Assembly (NCBI GenBank): GCA_003614675.1
Contig: ML002253.1
Span: 1 to 57,118, forward strand
Direction of reading: 5' to 3'
Length of the DNA stretch: 57,118 bases
DNA from: Dimargaris cristalligena
Lineage: Eukaryota
Part shown: in pieces, positions 50,283-57,118 of the stretch
How the letters are laid out: each line of letters opens with the position of its first letter
Position numbering within the stretch: the stretch's first letter is position 1
Position numbers and translations under genes: made by a program
The notes under the pieces: model-generated
What the model saw: only the letters and a program-made list of their open reading frames with translations
Databases searched by the model: none
What the model was told of the DNA's origin: nothing

Positions 50283-52117
50283 TTAAAAATCGGGTGTAAC
50301 GTCTAGATCTGTACTCAACAGTGAGTTTACTACCACATAGACTCTTTCGCCTGGGTTCTGGCGGCCACCAACAAACGCAGCGAGCCGAAGCTGGTCGAAA
50401 GCACCGGGTTGCAACTCATTAGCGAAATAAAGCCAGTTTGTATTTGTGGTGGGGGTTACATCTTTAAGGGCCTATTTGGCTGTGTCTTGGGAAGTGGTAT
50501 CAGATGCTGGCACGACGATGATCATTTGGTTATCGTCGGTCAGATGCAGATGAGTCATGAAAGGTAGGTATCCGTGCATAAATTCGGCAGTGATGGGTTC
50601 CTCCCCGACGTTCCTATCGTCAAGTGCGCCGTCGGTGGTTAAAGGCCCACAATTCCAGATGGCTTCTAAGAAATCGGCACTTTGGGAGAGGTTCATAAAT
50701 CACATCACCTTGACCATGGTACGCTGCCCGGCCAATAGTTCGGCGTATTGACTGTCCGAATAGGGGCCGGTAAATCTATCCGTCAAACGGCCCAGAGTGG
50801 AGATATTGCGGGCCAAGGCGGCCAATATAATGGCCAAGCAGTTGAAAGGCCGGTAAATATGACTGGCGTTACTTCTGGTCAATGGGTCTTGTTCGAGCCA
50901 TGTCCACAATCCGGTCATGAATTCTTCGAGACAATCGAGTCGGTCGGTCGTCGCCAATCGGGCCATCACGAGGGCAGTGGTACTGTCAATTGAATCGCTA
51001 AAAATACGGATAAGCTTAGACTCCGACCATTCCGTTTGGGGGTCCAGCTTCAATAGTTCGCGCATATGTTCCAGTTCGGAGGGATCCCAACCGCGGCGCA
51101 CGGTTTGGATCAATTGAGGATCGAGTAAAGCCCGCAATGACCCAAGAACGTGGTGGCCGCTAGGTAGGGCGTCGGTTAAGGCAAGCAGGGGAACTTGATT
51201 GACCAGAGCCTTACTTGGCAGTTGGTTCGGATTCACGAGGCGCCATGCGCCAGGCTGGAACATCGGTTCGGCCTTATGCTTCTTGAGATATTGATAATAG
51301 CTCTGAATTGACGCTAATGGCATATCCATACCGCCGGGCTCGGCCGATCCATCGAATAATTGGCGTGTCCTGTAACACGAGTGGTATGCTTCATGGTACA
51401 GCCTGCCGGAAAGCTGGTGGCGAAAAAAGGTGTGCCATAGAATAGCTAATTCTTTGGGCTGTTGCTCGACTCCGGGCTGGCTTTTTAGATTGGACCACTC
51501 GCCCAGAAGAGCCCCCAAGGCAGACTAAATGACAGAATCGATAACACGAATAACAGATCAATGGGGAATATAGGCGGTATTAGATCATTGCTAGGCATCA
51601 GTAATTGGTTTGTGTGATGGACTAGGATACATTTAGTTATTGACTACAATTATTATAAAATTACTGAAAATTTCCTTCAAACTGAAATTAATATTTAATA
51701 GCATTTTCAAATTTTACGTACCAGTGTAGTTTCGTATGGATGAAGTTTCACGTGTTCCCCGATTCCCCTAGAGACCCTTAGTAACTCCCCACGATTACCG
51801 ATGAGGGCCGAGTCAATAATTTCTTGAATAATTTCGCTAGGCATGTTGTCTAACTTATGTTTTTGGCCATTGACGTATGTTGCAGCTAGGGGGGGGGGGC
51901 TTTTACAAATAGTTTCCAGTTCCATGGGGGGGCTACCATATGTAGCTTGGGGTGTGGTGGAGACAATTGGCTCGCAAAAAGAGGTGTCATCATCGGCAGA
52001 TTCCAGGCAGAGACTGCTCATTAAGTTACCTGGGGCTGCTTTGGAATCATGTATACGGTGGACGAAGGCCAAGGCAATCACCGTAAAACCAAAAGTGTGC
52101 ATGTTATAAAGGGCCAT
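50283..52117 (-). pseudogene. Orphan secreted-protein gene B with an F-box-like motif (~545 codons); exons 52117..51722 and 51524..50283; in-frame TGA at 50700..50702 and TAG at 50472..50474
   Basis: Hydrophobic N-terminus MALYNMHTFGFTVIALAFV. A phase-0 GTACGT...TTTAG intron joins it in frame to ORF 50700..51518. The frame continues ATG TGA TTT ATG into ORF 50472..50696, then 62 more open codons after the TAG to TAA 50283. Confidence 0.68.
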
Positions 52118-52280
52118 TATAAGTAGACTTGGTTAAAAAAAGGGGGGAAGTCAAGAAATTTAGACGCCAAAAACGGGCGTTTATATATAAAGAATGAGGT
52201 TGGGCAGATTTTCCAAACGAATAGGGAAAATGGATGGGTGAGTGGTTCGGGTGATTTGGTGCTGGGAGCAACTAATCATG

Positions 52281-52290
52281 TTTATATATA
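52281..52290 (-). promoter_or_regulatory. Putative TATA box of secreted-protein gene B
   Basis: TATATATAAA on the minus strand ~165 bp upstream of ATG 52117. Confidence 0.35.
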
Positions 52291-55200
52291 GTTCATTAAA
52301 TTAGGCACCTCATCTTGGCCCAATGATTACTTTGGCTACATCAATGTGCCTAGTGGTATATTGCCATTCTTGGGCCAATATTTTTGTTGTTATGACAGGT
52401 CACTTTATTCAATACTGTGGCTGTTGGGCAATGGGGGGAGGAGGACAAATTAAACAAACCCAATGACCACCATCTATAACGCAAGAACAGTGAGGCCACC
52501 ATCGAGTGGTACAGATGCGGGATATATATGTGTGGCTATTGTGCAGGAGGGGCTTAGTGTTGGAAATATGGATTTGATAGTAAATGCAAGTACCTTCGAA
52601 TACAACTAAAATGTTTTAAAGAAGAGAGAAAGAACCGCAAGGGGCAAGGCTAGATGCCCGCAGTAGGTTTTATTGAGTTGGAATTAGTAGTAATAATGAC
52701 TAGGACGAAGTCCCAGGTATAGAATGATATAGTAAAGATTAGAATATAGTCCCGAGTATAGGACGAGCCAATCAGAGTAAAGGAATTGGTGGGATGGGGG
52801 AAATGAATTTCCAATACTTAGCGTTAAACGAAAGAAACACTTTTCTTAAAGACACCTACAAAACGACATTGGGTGAAATGCTGTGGTGGGACGGTATATC
52901 CTTGTAGCTACCTGTACTACTAGTCCAGACCCAATTTCTATTCACTGGTAGTGAGCTGGTTTTGGTGCTTGTCGATTATCTAAAGGGGGCACGTGGAGCA
53001 TTCTTTGATAGTTCGCTGAAACCATATTGATGCGGATTATCGCTCGCACTATAGTGGTGCATTTTACTCGGAGGTAATTAAAATTGATTGACTCTCAGAA
53101 AATAATCAACCAACAGAGCCTATGAATTGTAGCAGGGCATTACACTCTAATAGGGGTGACATGGACTTAAGCTAAACCATACAGAGACTCCATGTTTCGA
53201 AGTCGTCGATTTTGGTGCCGAAGAGTACTCCGCGACAGCGATCGTGGAACCACTGTGTTATTGCTAGGTGTCATATATTGGTAGTGTGTTGGTCCACCCA
53301 ACCAACTAACTGAAGGTGTGCTGGTACAAAAAGGCGGAATGGAGAGGCATGTGCACCATTTTCACTAATTGCGGTTACATGGTAAAGATGGCCGAGTGTA
53401 GTTTCAATGGGGTGGCCAATAACCACTTCAGAATGGCCTCTTTTGAGGTTTTACAGTAATATATATTAGCCTAAAGAATAAGAATTCACATATTACCTAT
53501 GTAATTTCTGTGGAGGGACTTTTGCTTTATACCAGCTTTGAAAAATGCAATCCATTGAAGCAAACTTCACCCGACAATGTTATGGTGATTTATATATATA
53601 GAGTTCGTGTTGTTGAAGTGTGAATATGGGCGAGGGTATACTTTTTATACTCGCCGCAGTATGACATGGCCACTGCCAAGGCTGTAAATTTACAATCACC
53701 TCTTATCAAGACTAGCACCAATCTATAGCGTAGATACTCTTGAATGGAAATAGATATTGGGCTGTGTTAGGGGATATCTAGGGTGTCTACCCGGGATAGT
53801 TTGTGAGTAATAGATATGCCAGTGTGGATTGCGTAAGGTTATCACTACAGATCAAAGGCGACCCCATTATTGCTTTTGAATACGCGACGGTATGGGGCTG
53901 GCGTTTAGGGGGTTGGGGCCCAGAAGATGGTGCCTCCTTGCAACAAGATCCATAATCCACTGCTACTAATACCAGCGGGTTGGGAAAGAAGTCCGTCCGA
54001 TACCTCCACAATATTCTCTACTAAGGCGCACGGCTAAAGAACGTGAGTATCGGATTGTGGAAGACCCTGTAGGGAATCTAATCATGGGACTGACGTATTT
54101 TATATTACGCTCGAATAGCATGTCGATTTCATGAGAATATATCACTTTTCTAATATTGAAACATCGTTCCAGTGCACCTTACAACCCGCAATTGGAGTAC
54201 AAAGCTCGTCCCCACGCCCGTGTGTGTGGGTACTCTACCAATGGCTCAGTCTGAGTGACCTGTTATATAGGAAGACACAGAAGTCCCTCTCCCCTTTGTA
54301 GTAGCCAGAGTATTAGGTGTTGAAGCACCTCTACGCTTTCACCAATCCTATCCCCCCGAACCGGGAATATTGATTCACTTGTAGATTTCCCAGGGCGCGG
54401 CCCTACGGGAGGACTGTTTCGCTGACGTCACCGATGCCCTGATTCAATAGTGTGGATACCAGGGCTGTGGCATATAGCCCAAGCGTGTCCCAAGATGAAC
54501 GTCATTTCTGCCGCCACGAGAATGGGCTACTAACTCGCTCAGTAGCTTTAGGCGGCATTCCGTATTTGAGGTTTCCGCTCATGCATACACCCATACGCGC
54601 ATAGAGTATATATATATACCCTACATCCATCCCGCGGACACCCCGGCTCTCCGTTAATCCGACGATGCGAATCCGTCTTTATTGGCCTCTTTATTGCACA
54701 CTGCACTAGTTCATTAACCTTCCTTTTCAACTCACTGACCCCCAAACCGTGTTTTTATCGCCTACATTCTTCTCCCTCGTACTCTGCTTGCTTAGTAGCT
54801 GTATCTGCCGCATTACCCCCCTTTATATACAGCCGACTTCCCCAGCACCCTTGCCCTCTTTTCGATATATTATCTCTTTTCGTTGTACTCCCCAGTTCCC
54901 TACCCTCTCTCATTTCTGCACTTTCACTACCTCGGTAGCTGTACTCCTACTAACCCATACAACTGTCTCCGCATACCCACTGCACCACCTTACTCCCTTA
55001 TCCGGTTATATCGGTAAGCTAGCCTACATATTCCATCCCATCTTGACGCTATCTTATCCAGCTACCCTCTCCATACGTTGAAGTATTCCCCCGTGTCTCT
55101 CCTATCAGGTGGAACTCTCTGCCATCCTTTTGGACCAACCACCAACCTTAATTGCCAACCTATTATTCCGGGGTGACGAAAGGAGGTGGGTTGGTTCAGC

Positions 55201-55473
55201 CTCTTGCGCGCTATTTCATAAGGTTTTATCGATTATATGGCGCCGGACACCCCCCCAGTCGTGGTATATATAGCACATATTCTTTCCATTGGGTTCACCG
55301 TTCTCCCATTTGCCCCTTTTCCTTTGGCCTTCAAAAAGGCCCAGTCCGACCTGACCAAATTAACCCATAGTCCACTACTGTTCCCTCCATAACCTTGGTG
55401 TACGCCCTACTACCATCCAGACTCGGCACCTACTTTGTGTGGCCACTCTCCCTCACTCCCATTCCCATCCACC

Positions 55474-57118
55474 ATGGACCCCACCCTCATTGTCCACACT
55501 CTTCAACTCAACGAGAATGGCGAGCCTGGCCAAACCAACGAATTTCTACGGCTCCCAGCTCCCGTGCAGCCATACGGTCTGCGTTTCCAAATTACGGCGG
55601 GTTCCGAAGCCGCCAACCGGCCCGTCCTGTACACCAACTACCCCTTAACGGGGGTCAAGTTCTCCCGGACCCAGTTCCATCCCCGCCCCTTCAGCGTGGG
55701 AACCAGCAGCGAACTCGTGTGCGAATTCCCCATTACTGTCGCGGGACCCTACCAGTACTATGTCGAATACCGGGACGACCACCGGGAGGAGGGCCGTAAC
55801 CGCACCGCCACCGCTTACTTTATCGTGGACCCCGACCTGACCATCCGGTCCCGCCCGGCCGCTCGGGGTATCCTGCGGGAGGCCGAAGCCGTGTCCGTCC
55901 GGCACTTGCCCCTCGACGGCATAGCCTTACAAACGATGGTCCCGAAGTGGATGGGTCCCCTTCGCGACTGGAACCGTCACCTGGAGGCCAGCTCCCAGCT
56001 CGGCTATAACATGATTCATTTTGTGCCCCTGCAGAAACGCGGGGAGTCCAACTCGCCCTTCTCCATCTACGACCAACTGGCCTTGTCCGACGACCTGTTC
56101 ACTTCCACCGATCGCATCCAAAGCGACGATGACAAATACGAACTGTTGGCCCAGCTGCTGGTGTCCATGGAGGCCGAAATGGGCATGCTAGGCCTGGTGG
56201 ACATGGTCTGGAATCATACCGCATTTAATTCGGATTGGCTGCTAGACCACCCTGAAGCCGGGTATAATTTGGCCAATTCGCCCCACCTGACCGCTGCTTT
56301 TGAGCTGGATGAGGCCATTATGAAGCTGTCTGGAGAACTCGCCCAGCATGGGGTCCCTTCCGAGCTCAATACTGAGGCTGATTTGAACGCCCTAGTGGCC
56401 GCCGTCAAGGAACACGCCATTCGGGGCATCCGCCTGTGGGAGTTCTATGCTATTGATGTCGAGTCCTGTCTGGCCGCCACCCGTGCTGCCCTGGAAGACC
56501 CCGCGAATCTCCCTGTGGTTGACCGCTTTGACACGCGTACCCTGCGGGGGCTCCCCCTCGCCGAAAAGGCCCTCAGGCTGTACGAAGCAGCCTTTGGTGG
56601 CGATCGTCCAGTCGGCACCCGTCGTACCCCCAACGTCTGTGACTTACCCGTACTGCTTTCCTTCATGAAGGCCCTGTGCGGGTCGCTGAATGATGTTGAA
56701 CACGTGATGCAGCACACTCAGCAACTGCTGAACGAAATCAATGTACCCCACTATGCGCTCTACGACCAGCACGTGGATAGCATCCTGTCCAATATCCGCA
56801 ATACCGTCAAGTACGAACGGCTCGACAGCAATGTNNNNNNNNNNNNNNNNCGCCAATGCCTTGGACAACTTCGCCGAGGCCCACTCCACCGCTTATCTAG
56901 AACGTAAGGTGATCGTCTGGACCGACTGTGTCAAGCTCCGCTACGGCAAAGCTCCTGAGGATAATCCCTACCTATGGGACCACATGAAGCGGTACACTCA
57001 GATCATGGCTCGCTACTTCCACGGGTTCCGCATCGACAACTGCCATTCCACCCCCATTGAGCTGGCCGAGTATTTGATTGACGCCGCCCGTGAGGTGCGC
57101 CCCAACCTGTACGGGTTG
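55474..57118 (+). CDS. GDB1: Glycogen debranching enzyme (4-alpha-glucanotransferase/amylo-1,6-glucosidase), 5' part
   Basis: ACCATG 55474. Before the gap: [56 protein letters not shown]. After the gap: [19 protein letters not shown] and [11 protein letters not shown] (catalytic Asp region). Runs off the window end. Confidence 0.96.
56835..56850. other. Assembly gap (16 N)
   Basis: N run. The GDB1 frame shifts across it, and conserved residues appear to be missing, so the real gap is probably longer. Confidence 0.95.

Noticed and set aside
50700-50702. Selenocysteine at the in-frame TGAs (also 18892..18894)
   Set aside because: No redox CxxU context, no SECIS recognised, and the same genes also contain TAA or TAG stops. 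None of the stops has the TGA-CTAG readthrough context.

Overview
Eukaryotic genomic DNA with GT-AG introns. The gene content (JMJD6, MFSD1-like, C12orf4-like, NDUFAF2-like) and composition point to an early-diverging fungus, possibly Zoopagomycota; this is an inference. Nine apparently intact genes are supported: JMJD6, a 5-exon NDUFAF2-like gene, an MFSD1-like MFS transporter, an ERF2-like DHHC palmitoyltransferase, a 77-aa APC16-like microprotein, a DCAF6/8-like WD40 protein, an RPAIN C-terminal zinc-finger protein, a C12orf4/FERRY3-like protein with a UBA insertion, and glycogen debranching enzyme (truncated by a gap and the window end). There are also LTR-retrotransposon relics: two diverged copies of a ~580-bp LTR, and a PPT plus LTR with a decayed Gypsy pol. 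Two orphan signal-peptide genes appear to be distant paralogues, and each has two in-frame stops with no frameshift. The strongest signal is a repeat-associated C-to-T process. A ~2.1-kb tract lacks CpG and runs from the TE cluster into the promoter and exon 1 of one secreted-protein gene. The LTR copies show reciprocal CpG>TpG/CpA and CpA>TpA differences, and all four nonsense codons are one C>T step from CGA, CAA or CAG. No tRNA, rRNA or CRISPR array was seen. Exon models and similarities were derived by eye, without database searches.
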